NCBI GenBank assembly: GCA_050179755.1
Contig: JBFXEV010000001.1
Location: 1,353,994-1,417,993 of the forward strand
DNA from: Candidatus Babeliales bacterium
GTDB taxonomy: Bacteria; Babelota; Babeliae; Babelales; JBFXEV01
Reading direction: 5' to 3'
DNA length: 64,000 nt
Both the position numbers and the translations under genes were made by a program. Below, in pieces: positions 28,752 to 37,500 of the stretch. Position 1 is the first letter of the stretch. Each line of letters opens with the position of its first letter. A model generated the notes under the pieces. The model had not been told where the DNA came from and made no database searches. It saw only the letters and a list, made by a program, of their open reading frames with translations.

Positions 28752-31463
28752 ATGGGAAATTTAATTCAACTTCTTTATTCCTATGTTAATAATTGGTATT
28801 TCTTAGGTTGTGTTTCTGTCATTTCTCTTATCTTAAAAAGCATTTTTTTGCTTTTTGTTATCATTCGTGGATTAAAAACCAATAAAATTGAACGATCATG
28901 GATTTTATTGCTATTGATTTTCTCAGGCGCGATGATGACGGATGTGACTTGGATAATCTACACACTAAAAAATACAATTTTCCCAACCTTAGATGGTCAC
29001 TTAGCAATATTAGCCGTTAGAACATCATGGGCATTTTATCTTCTCCTCTATCATTCTTTAGGTTTATTCATCGAATCCTTAATAAATAATGATCATAAAA
29101 TAAATCGCCTACATAAAATATTGCTCATTATAAGCACAAGTTGCGTTTGCTACTTGCTCTATTTAGCAATTTTTCAATTCAATGAAATATCGGACGCCAA
29201 GCGTGAATTTGAGTTGAAATTTATTGGCTATATGACAATGTATCTGTTTTCTATCATTGGCGTAAGTTTATTTGTTGCCTTCAGAAATATTCGTTCGTAT
29301 AATTTACCAAAAATTCTAAAAAAGCAACTTAAAGTCCTCGTTTACGGAATTGTATTCCCATATATTGCTTCAGACTTTATACAAACATACCCCTTCAACG
29401 CAAGTCCGACGTTTATTGCAAATAACCTGGCAATTGTTGGTATTTCAACATCACTCCTTACTTATGCTTTATTTTATTGTGGCCGCAAGATGATGGGCTT
29501 ACGCTTCTTAAACTTCAGCACACACGTGCAAGCAAAACCACGATTAAGCTTTGTGAATGACTTTAAAAGCGTGCTTGAGCAATTCAGTCTTGTAAGCAGC
29601 CCCAAAGAGTTAGGGCACATTACGCAACAATTTTATAAAGATACGCTTCATATACCACCAAGCAGAACACAGCTCTATTTACGCAATGTAGATATGTATC
29701 GTGAAGATGAACGATTTGAAGTTACAGCAATCGAAAGTATTGTAGAAAACTTTATTAACCGGCATGAGAACACCAATTGCGGCGTAATACAATACTTGCG
29801 GCAAAAGAAAATTCTTATTTACGACGAAATAGCATTTAGTAACTTCTATGAAGAAGATATAAACCGTAATGAAATCCTGCAATTTTTAGAGCAAATTAAT
29901 GCAGACGTCTTTTTACCCGTGTATGAAAAAACCCGTATTATAGCCTACGTTATTGTGGAGCGTGATGCACGGCTTGAAAATTTCTATTCTGATGTTGAAC
30001 AAGATGAAATGCTTGTATTTGCAAGCTATTTAAGTAATATCATTAATCTGCAGCAAAATCAAAACCTAGCAGTGCTCACTGAACGCGAAAAAGACTTGCG
30101 TGAAGAGCTGTATCACAAGCACCAAGAAGTAAATCAATATAAAGAAAGTATCAGATCGTTTATACGTGCCACTGATCACCGCAAGATTGGCATTATATTT
30201 TATAAAAGCAGGCGCTTTGTGTTTGGCGATAAAGCAGCCAAAGATTTAATTGGCATTAATCCTCAAACTCAGGCCGGCCATCCGCTTGCATTAGCACTCA
30301 AAAATATTGCCCGCCAAGTAGAAGAATATAGAGCCCCGCAAACAAATATTGTGGATGATGGCAAAGGTAATAAGTTGGTACTTTCTGCAATACCAAGTTT
30401 GGAAAATAATAGTATTATCATTACCGTGTATTATCCTGAAATTGCCGACATTATTAAAAAGCAAATTGATCTCTTACGTAATCCAAGCGAGTGGGATTAT
30501 CTTCTTTATTTAGAAACCACCGAATCAGGTAAACTTATTAACCAATTGATCCCTGGCTCTGGTGAACAGCTATTAAACTTTAAAATTGAACTTTTAAAAA
30601 CAGCGCTCAGCAAAAAGGCATTATTGCTTGAAATGCCCGATGAAGACTTGCAGCCAACCGTTGAGATATTAAACCACATTAGTTTGCGCGAGCAGCTTCA
30701 TATACTCAAAATTCAAGCTCCTGAACAAAATCATGAGACAGCCATCAAGTTGTTTGGGATGAACCCATTATTTGCTGGCAACAATAAGCAACCAGCTTTG
30801 CTTGAAAAGCTTAATAACACTGGCACACTCTTTATTCAAAACATTCATTTATTAAGTTTAGAAACACAGCAATATCTTGCAGAATTTATTAAGTATGGCT
30901 ACTACCACATATTCCACAGCGATAAAAAAGTAAGTGCTAACGTGCGTATTATTTGCTCAACTGACCGTAATCTGCAAACGCTTGTGCAAGAAGGCACGTT
31001 CTTACGCGCACTCTTTAATGAACTGCGCTACACTACCCTTTCTATGCCTCCACTCTTTAAATTATCGCAAGAAGAATTAAGCGCACTTGCCGAAGGCTTT
31101 ACTGAACAAGCACTCCAAACCGAAACATTTAAAAATATTCTCCAATTGACCGACAAAGAAAAATCTAAGTTGATCGATCTTAAACCAGTCAGTTTATATG
31201 AATTAAAATCAAAAATTCAAAAGTTACTCGTTGAAAAATCAAAGAAAAATAATATTTATCAAGAAATTCAGTTTGATCCCGCTTACACAATAGACGATCC
31301 GTCTCTCATGGAAGCGGCTCGCCTTGGCAAAAAAGCACTCCAAGATCGCAGATTAATGTCACTCCTGTGGGATAAATTTAAGAATCAGAATCAGATTGCT
31401 TCGTTTTTGAACGTTAACCGTTCTTCAGTGAATCGCCGCTGCAAGGAATATAATTTAAATTAA
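28752..31463 (+). CDS. Membrane-anchored regulator: multi-TM sensor, GAF-like region, degenerate sigma54-activator AAA domain and C-terminal HTH
   Basis: About 7 TM helices; GTLFIQNIHLL, VRIICSTDRNL, EGTFLRALF resemble bEBP motifs; IASFLNVNRSSVNRRC HTH. Confidence 0.7.
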   Translation: MGNLIQLLYSYVNNWYFLGCVSVISLILKSIFLLFVIIRGLKTNKIERSWILLLLIFSGAMMTDVTWIIYTLKNTIFPTLDGHLAILAVRTSWAFYLLLYHSLGLFIESLINNDHKINRLHKILLIISTSCVCYLLYLAIFQFNEISDAKREFELKFIGYMTMYLFSIIGVSLFVAFRNIRSYNLPKILKKQLKVLVYGIVFPYIASDFIQTYPFNASPTFIANNLAIVGISTSLLTYALFYCGRKMMGLRFLNFSTHVQAKPRLSFVNDFKSVLEQFSLVSSPKELGHITQQFYKDTLHIPPSRTQLYLRNVDMYREDERFEVTAIESIVENFINRHENTNCGVIQYLRQKKILIYDEIAFSNFYEEDINRNEILQFLEQINADVFLPVYEKTRIIAYVIVERDARLENFYSDVEQDEMLVFASYLSNIINLQQNQNLAVLTEREKDLREELYHKHQEVNQYKESIRSFIRATDHRKIGIIFYKSRRFVFGDKAAKDLIGINPQTQAGHPLALALKNIARQVEEYRAPQTNIVDDGKGNKLVLSAIPSLENNSIIITVYYPEIADIIKKQIDLLRNPSEWDYLLYLETTESGKLINQLIPGSGEQLLNFKIELLKTALSKKALLLEMPDEDLQPTVEILNHISLREQLHILKIQAPEQNHETAIKLFGMNPLFAGNNKQPALLEKLNNTGTLFIQNIHLLSLETQQYLAEFIKYGYYHIFHSDKKVSANVRIICSTDRNLQTLVQEGTFLRALFNELRYTTLSMPPLFKLSQEELSALAEGFTEQALQTETFKNILQLTDKEKSKLIDLKPVSLYELKSKIQKLLVEKSKKNNIYQEIQFDPAYTIDDPSLMEAARLGKKALQDRRLMSLLWDKFKNQNQIASFLNVNRSSVNRRCKEYNLN

Positions 31464-32179
31464 GCTGCTTTTGAAAACATTTTCTTAAGTGCGCCATTAT
31501 ACGCATGCCGTTGCACTCGTCGCTGCACCTGTGTAAAATCAACCCGTTCAAGAGCATCAACGGCAACTGCAATGCTCGTAACTGCCAATTCTTGCTCAAG
31601 TAAAGCAACTGCTTTCTCAACATCCGCAACCACGTGCTCATCAGAATCACTATGTTGCAATTTACCAGCATCATCGCAATATCTTACCAAAAGCGAATTG
31701 ATTAATTCTTGCATATATTTGCAAAGTGGCCCCGCCACACGAAGATCACCAAGTTCAAGACGAGCAAAAATACGCACTGTCTTTTCTTTATGATTAATAG
31801 CACGCAATACTGTGCATGCATGCTCCAAATGTTGTTTGTATGCTGTAGCCAATTTCTCATGCTCATCATTTTCATGCTGGGCATCATTTAAAGAAGGCTT
31901 GCTCACGCGAGATTCTTGAGAAACTTGAGGAACGTGCACGTGAGCAATCTGCTTCATATGATCTTTAAGATCAAGAGCGGCTGAATTTTCAGCTACCTCT
32001 TGATCTGTTACTTGCGGATCAACATTATATACAATAACATTCTTTTCTACCGTATATGGCATATACATTATCAATTGTTTTAATAATGAAATTTCTTCAC
32101 TGCGCGATGCATGGCCTATATAAAGCCCTATTGCACCAATAAAGAACAAACAGAAAATATATGGCCAAAATCGTTGCAT
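31460..32179 (-). CDS. Hypothetical protein with N-terminal TM helix
   Basis: Start MQRFWP after AGGA; ~240-aa ORF. Confidence 0.65.
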   Translation of the reverse strand: MQRFWPYIFCLFFIGAIGLYIGHASRSEEISLLKQLIMYMPYTVEKNVIVYNVDPQVTDQEVAENSAALDLKDHMKQIAHVHVPQVSQESRVSKPSLNDAQHENDEHEKLATAYKQHLEHACTVLRAINHKEKTVRIFARLELGDLRVAGPLCKYMQELINSLLVRYCDDAGKLQHSDSDEHVVADVEKAVALLEQELAVTSIAVAVDALERVDFTQVQRRVQRHAYNGALKKMFSKAA

Positions 32180-32339
32180 ATTATGTCCTATCGTGCTTAT
32201 TAGTATACAGTTATAACATACGAAACTCACTCACGCAATAGGCGAAAATATAAGCTTTTTTAAGGTTCAAATTGCTACTATTGCGTAAATCCAGGCTATA
32301 CTGTATGTTGATGCAAGAACAAAAAAGAGGAAAATTTTT

Positions 32340-33362
32340 ATGACCCACAAAGAATTTAAAGATCACAGCTCTGAATTTATCATACATTTAGAAGTTGAGC
32401 GTAATCTTTCTGAGCACACGCTGCGCGCCTATACCAGTGATCTTGCTTTATTTGCAACGTTTTGGCATGGCATTATTGTGCGTGAAAAAATAGAAATACC
32501 ATTATCGCGCGCTTTTGAGCGATATCTAGTTTCTTTGTATCATAAGAAAACCTGCAATAGCTCTATAGCCCGCAAAGTTTCTTGCTTTCATTCATTTCAA
32601 GAGTATGTAGCAAAACAGGGCATTCAATTAAGCTTACAACTTGAGCGACCACGTGTTGAGCGCAAGATCCCTCAATTTTTAAGCGTAGACGAATTGTTTC
32701 ATTTACTTGATACCATTCAAGATCAAGATCTTCCAACCGCCCGGCCCCTGAGAGATAAAGCAATTCTTGAATTACTTTATGCCACTGGCATACGCTGCTC
32801 TGAGCTTGTGCATATTAAACTTGAACATATTAACTTGCAAGAAAAAACTATTGTAATTTTGGGTAAAGGGCGCAAAGAACGAATGGTACTTTTTGGCGCA
32901 AAAGCAAAAGAGCGTATTGAGCATTACTTATCTGCGGAGCGCCCAAGAACAAGCGACGGTAAAGAACCCTTATTTGTGAATAATCGCACCACAGAACTAA
33001 CCACTCGGTCAGTGCAACGCATTATTAAAATGTTTCGTCAATTTTTGCAACTTGATCGCGCGCTCACACCACATAAAATACGGCACTCCTTTGCCACACA
33101 TTTATTAAATCAGGGCGCAGATTTGCGCTTGGTGCAAGAATTATTAGGTCATAAAACACTTTCAAGCACCGAACGTTACACGCATGTTTCACTTTCGAAA
33201 TTAAGTAATTTATGTGATACTATACATCCATTATCCTCCTACACTAATGTTTCCGACTACGTCGCCACTGCGTCGGACAAGCCGGAGGACAGAGATGCAT
33301 ATAAAGGACAATCTTCAGAGCAAAGTACTAAGCCTCGAGGGGCAGACAAGAAGGATAAATAG
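32340..33362 (+). CDS. xerC: Tyrosine recombinase XerC/XerD family
   Basis: ERNLSEHTLRAY, LELLYATGIRCSEL, GKGRKER, TPHKIRHSFATHLL, VQELLGH, TERYTH. Confidence 0.85.
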   Translation: MTHKEFKDHSSEFIIHLEVERNLSEHTLRAYTSDLALFATFWHGIIVREKIEIPLSRAFERYLVSLYHKKTCNSSIARKVSCFHSFQEYVAKQGIQLSLQLERPRVERKIPQFLSVDELFHLLDTIQDQDLPTARPLRDKAILELLYATGIRCSELVHIKLEHINLQEKTIVILGKGRKERMVLFGAKAKERIEHYLSAERPRTSDGKEPLFVNNRTTELTTRSVQRIIKMFRQFLQLDRALTPHKIRHSFATHLLNQGADLRLVQELLGHKTLSSTERYTHVSLSKLSNLCDTIHPLSSYTNVSDYVATASDKPEDRDAYKGQSSEQSTKPRGADKKDK

Positions 33363-33367
33363 TAAAC

Positions 33368-35083
33368 GTGAACTCTCCCCTTATTATTCCTCGGTATAAA
33401 CGCAATGCATTACAAGTTGGCGTGCTCTTATGCCTGTTTGGCATTATGGGGCGCCTTGTACATTTGCAACTTTATCATTATCAAACGCTCCTTGCAAAAA
33501 GCCGAAAAAACTTTCTGCGGCATGAAACTATCTGGCCTCAACGAGGTAACATTCTTGACTGTAATGGCAATTTGCTGGTCACCAATCGCCCTGCCACCGA
33601 TCTCTATTGGCAAGGTACCGGCAATCGCCCGCTCACGCATGAACAACTTGCTATTCTTGAAATAGTGCAAGAAATAGAAAATAAAACATTTGATGATGAA
33701 TTGCTGCAACTGGTCAAACGTGCAGAGCGCATGAGCACGCAACAACTTATTATTGATGATATAACGCTTGAACAATTATCAAAAATTGCAGAGCAATTTC
33801 CTGAGCACCCTAATATACTTATTCAAAATACATTTAAACGTCATTACCCCTACAATGATACTGCATGCCACGTCGTAGGATATATTAATCATTTGCAAGA
33901 TACTGGGCAAATGGGCATTGAGCGCGTATTTGATGATGCCTTGCGCGGGGAGCACGGTACGTTTGTTAAAACTATAAATTCAACTGGCCGACCTCTATCT
34001 GCCTACACGCTACACAATGCCATTCGTGGTGCCGATGTTACCACTACCATTAATATAGATATTCAGCACATGGCAGAAGCATTATTCCCGCCGGATGAAT
34101 CTGGCACGTTTATTGTAATGGATCCCAGCAATGGCGCTATTCTCACCCTTGTTTCTCGCCCCACGTTTGACCCTACCGTATTTATTGAAGGCCTTAATCA
34201 AGAAGAATGGCAGCAACTTTCTGAAAAAAAGCCATTTGTAAATCGAGCGCTTGGCGCGTGCTACCCGCCTGCCTCACTTTTTAAAATGGTGACTATTGCA
34301 GCAGCACTGGAAGAAGGCATTATCAGCACAGACACTGCGTGGTTATGCAAAGGCTATATACAATTTGGTAGAAAAACAAAATGTAACAAGCAACACGGCT
34401 GGCTTGATGTAAAAGAAGCTATTGCACATTCATGCAATATCCCATTTTATGAAATTGCCAAAAAATTGCATATTGATAAACTAGCGCACTATGCTCAAGC
34501 ATTTGGTCTTGGCCAGCCAACGGGCATTCTATTTCCTGAAAAGCAGGGTTTAGTGCCCACCACCAAATGGAAACGCGCACAACTTGGAGAGCGCTGGTGG
34601 CCGGGAGAAACTCTTTCTGCATCGATTGGTCAAAGTTATACTCTTGTCACACCACTGCAAATGGCCCGCATGATATCAAGCATTTGCACGCATAAGTTAG
34701 TGCGCCCTCGTTTGCTGCCACAAGAACCTGTTGAAATTAAACCACTCGGCATTAGCTCGGTTACCTGCAGATTCTTGCAAAAAGGCATGCGTGAGGTAGT
34801 TAAAGAAGGTAAAGCTAAAACGCTCAATACTATTGATGATCTTACGGTATATGCAAAAACGGGAACAGCACAAACATGTGCGCTTGATACTGGGCTTGAA
34901 GGCAAACAGTATTGCGCTCACGCGTGGCTTGGCGGTTACTTTACCTACAAAAATGAAAAACCACTCACCATCGTGATTATGATTGAATCAGCAGGTTCTT
35001 CTAGCGCTGCAACACGCGTTGCCAAACAATTTTTGGTCAAATATAGAAATTGGAAAAGGGAGCAAGAACGAGTGGTTGCGTAA
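33368..35083 (+). CDS. mrdA: Class B penicillin-binding protein (PBP2-like)
   Basis: RGNILDCNG, RHYP, GQMGIE, SLFK (SxxK), SCN, KTGTAQ. Confidence 0.88.
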   Translation: MNSPLIIPRYKRNALQVGVLLCLFGIMGRLVHLQLYHYQTLLAKSRKNFLRHETIWPQRGNILDCNGNLLVTNRPATDLYWQGTGNRPLTHEQLAILEIVQEIENKTFDDELLQLVKRAERMSTQQLIIDDITLEQLSKIAEQFPEHPNILIQNTFKRHYPYNDTACHVVGYINHLQDTGQMGIERVFDDALRGEHGTFVKTINSTGRPLSAYTLHNAIRGADVTTTINIDIQHMAEALFPPDESGTFIVMDPSNGAILTLVSRPTFDPTVFIEGLNQEEWQQLSEKKPFVNRALGACYPPASLFKMVTIAAALEEGIISTDTAWLCKGYIQFGRKTKCNKQHGWLDVKEAIAHSCNIPFYEIAKKLHIDKLAHYAQAFGLGQPTGILFPEKQGLVPTTKWKRAQLGERWWPGETLSASIGQSYTLVTPLQMARMISSICTHKLVRPRLLPQEPVEIKPLGISSVTCRFLQKGMREVVKEGKAKTLNTIDDLTVYAKTGTAQTCALDTGLEGKQYCAHAWLGGYFTYKNEKPLTIVIMIESAGSSSAATRVAKQFLVKYRNWKREQERVVA

Positions 35084-35160
35084 TACCTGGATCTTTACTT
35101 TTCGGTCTTTCTTAACATAAACTAATAATGTAAAACTTATGGATAAAAAACGGAGAGGTT

Positions 35161-36699
35161 ATGAAGTACGTTAGTAAAATTACTGCAGCGTTGCTGTTAC
35201 TATATTCTGACACTTATGCAATGGAGCTTGATGTAACGCTTAATAATTTGACTACATCCCTCCGCACGCTCCAAAAACGCTTAGAACAAAAACAACAAAT
35301 CCCGTCAAAGCCTGTTCTCATCAACCAATTGCCAACAATCAATACGGAAGCTCTTATTAATTTCATCAAGCCTCTCTCTGAGCAATTGTTGAGTAAAATC
35401 GCTGCTCCAAAAAATCGCTCCCCCGAAGGGCTTGATACGTTTAGAAACTCACTTGAAAATCGCATACTCGAATATATCAATGCAAACAGACAAAAACTGC
35501 CTTCTATTTTAGTAAGTTCATCGCCAAAAAGTACAGTTCAATTCACAGAAATTCTTACTCGCATGCTCACCAGTGGTTTTTTTGAAAAACTTGCGGATTT
35601 TGAAGAAAAAAGAACAGTAAAAGGTAAAGAAGTCGCTATACCAACAGCTTTAACTACCTGCAATTGCATCCCGCTTGCCAAGCGAATAGCCTTCAACATA
35701 GCTCTGCTTTACGACATATTCAAACAATTTTCCGATAAAACAGAACCGCTGGTCTATACAACCATGGCATCAGGTGGATTATTGCAGGACTATTTAGTTA
35801 TCCAAGCATTAATTTGGGCGGGATATAACAATATTCATCTCAATTTGATTGATTTATATTACCCTGATGCTTGGCGATTACGTGATTTGCAGAATCTTGA
35901 AGTTCTTCATACTAATTTTATCACGAAATACATGCTCATATATCCAGAACAAATTGAACTCCTAAGATTAAAGCTACTGAGCGATGCATCCCAAGTATAT
36001 GCTCAGTCAGGCAGAACGGTTGCGGTTGAAACCCATGTTTATAATAATGCTTATGAATACATAGATAAAACAAAACAATATGCATATGAGCGAACCAACG
36101 TGCTTGTAATGGTTGATGTGGAAATCGAAAGGCCAGACATTATTCCAAACTTTCCATCGCTTGCAAATGCTATTAGATTTACCTTCAAAGACCCAGTAGA
36201 TAGTCAACTTTATAATCACACCTATGCATTCTTACCTAGAAATAAGCCGATCCAACTCTATCAACTCGATCTTACACGCCTCAATCTTGATCAATCACCT
36301 AAAACCATGGATTTGCTAAAAAATGCACAACAAGAATTAATTGAATTGGCTCGAACATCGAGAGCAACACGCGGATATACTCCCAATTTCTTCCTAGGAC
36401 TGGATACGCTACCTCATCAATATTATACTAAAGCTACTATAGTTAAGGATGTGCCAATTTCTGAACACTATTATGCCATGCTTGCTTCTGATATATTTAC
36501 CACCTTCCAAGACATGCTCTTTGATGCATTAGCTAATAATGCTCTTGTATTTACATTATATAAAAAAGATTATAACGCCAAAGTTGATTCAAGTGTTATA
36601 GAAAAAATTGATGTTGCAGCATTTAAAAGAATAGACCCAGTATCAATCATAGAGCCAGCACTCAATAAACTAGGCTATCAAAAAGTTGATTTGAATTAA
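35161..36699 (+). CDS. Secreted hypothetical protein (candidate effector)
   Basis: 512 aa; GGAGAGG RBS; signal peptide ending TYA-M; YTTMASGGLLQD may be a Rossmann-like loop. Confidence 0.75.
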   Translation: MKYVSKITAALLLLYSDTYAMELDVTLNNLTTSLRTLQKRLEQKQQIPSKPVLINQLPTINTEALINFIKPLSEQLLSKIAAPKNRSPEGLDTFRNSLENRILEYINANRQKLPSILVSSSPKSTVQFTEILTRMLTSGFFEKLADFEEKRTVKGKEVAIPTALTTCNCIPLAKRIAFNIALLYDIFKQFSDKTEPLVYTTMASGGLLQDYLVIQALIWAGYNNIHLNLIDLYYPDAWRLRDLQNLEVLHTNFITKYMLIYPEQIELLRLKLLSDASQVYAQSGRTVAVETHVYNNAYEYIDKTKQYAYERTNVLVMVDVEIERPDIIPNFPSLANAIRFTFKDPVDSQLYNHTYAFLPRNKPIQLYQLDLTRLNLDQSPKTMDLLKNAQQELIELARTSRATRGYTPNFFLGLDTLPHQYYTKATIVKDVPISEHYYAMLASDIFTTFQDMLFDALANNALVFTLYKKDYNAKVDSSVIEKIDVAAFKRIDPVSIIEPALNKLGYQKVDLN

Positions 36700-36723
36700 A
36701 TTAAACCAGTTTTTATTTTGAGC

Positions 36724-36762
36724 AAAAAAAAGATGGAATAGATATAAAATCTATTCCATCTT
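36724..36762 (-). terminator. Rho-independent terminator of rpmB-rpsT
   Basis: AAGATGGAATAGAT / ATCTATTCCATCTT long perfect stem plus T-run on the minus strand. Confidence 0.75.
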
Positions 36763-36772
36763 AAAATTTATT

Positions 36773-36808
36773 CCGTTCATATCCTGCGACAAGCTCAGGG
36801 TGAGCGGT
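36773..36808. repeat. REP-like palindrome
   Basis: ccgttcat-atcctgcgacaagctcagg-gtgagcgg. Confidence 0.5.
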
Positions 36809-36827
36809 GAAATATACAGCTTTTAAT

Positions 36828-37091
36828 TTAGCGATTAGCTGCTGCTACTTTTTTTGCCAAGCGGCTTAATTTACGAGCAGCAGTGTTTGCATGCATTACG
36901 TCTTTGCTTTTAGCACGACCTAATTGTGCTTGCACATCTTTAAGAAGTTCAAGTGCTTTTTCTGGCTCTGCCTCGATTGCAACTTGTACTTTTTTGATCG
37001 CAGTTTTGATTGCAGTTTTACGAGCCAAATTTTGGTGGCGGCGTTTTACTGCCTGAATTGCACGTTTTTTTGCTGATTTGATATTTGCCAT
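36828..37091 (-). CDS. rpsT: 30S ribosomal protein S20
   Basis: MANIKSAKKR...HANTAARKLSRL. Confidence 0.97.
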   Translation of the reverse strand: MANIKSAKKRAIQAVKRRHQNLARKTAIKTAIKKVQVAIEAEPEKALELLKDVQAQLGRAKSKDVMHANTAARKLSRLAKKVAAANR

Positions 37092-37109
37092 TGTTTATAA
37101 CCCTATTAT

Positions 37110-37313
37110 TTAAATAACTTTCTGGATTTTACCAGCTTTTACACACTTAGTACATACCGCTCCACGATGTACCCTGTTAGAGCCACCGGCAATAACGGTA
37201 AAGCGCATAGTATGTACATTAGGGTACAACCAACGGCCAGTGCGGTTTTTCGCGTGGCTCACGTTATTGGCTGTTCTAGGGCGTTTATCACAAATTGAAC
37301 AAATCCGTGCCAT
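37110..37313 (-). CDS. rpmB: 50S ribosomal protein L28 (Zn-binding form)
   Basis: MARICSIC...NNVSHAKNRT..W.PN...VCTKC. Confidence 0.95.
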   Translation of the reverse strand: MARICSICDKRPRTANNVSHAKNRTGRWLYPNVHTMRFTVIAGGSNRVHRGAVCTKCVKAGKIQKVI

Positions 37314-37382
37314 GAGAGAGAATCCTTCTTAAAATTTCTAAAATATATAGTACTAGTATAGCTAAAATGGGCTGTTTTACAA

Positions 37383-37460
37383 CCCGCCGTCGCTTTTTTG
37401 TTACATAAAAAGGCTAAGGCGTGGTTGTCACGCCTTAGCGCTTTGCGCGGCGGCGGACAA
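37383..37460. repeat. REP-like long GC-rich hairpin after ftsH
   Basis: ccgccg...gctaaggcgtg-gttgt-cacgccttagc...cggcgg nested inverted repeat. Confidence 0.6.
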
Positions 37461-37500
37461 GTTAGTTACGCTATTCCTGCCTGTACCTTCGCACAAAACC

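Noticed and set aside
32340..33362. Tyrosine recombinase as integron or island integrase for the ankyrin array
   Set aside because: Typical chromosomal XerC/D motifs, no IntI insertion, housekeeping context, and no attC-like sites between array genes
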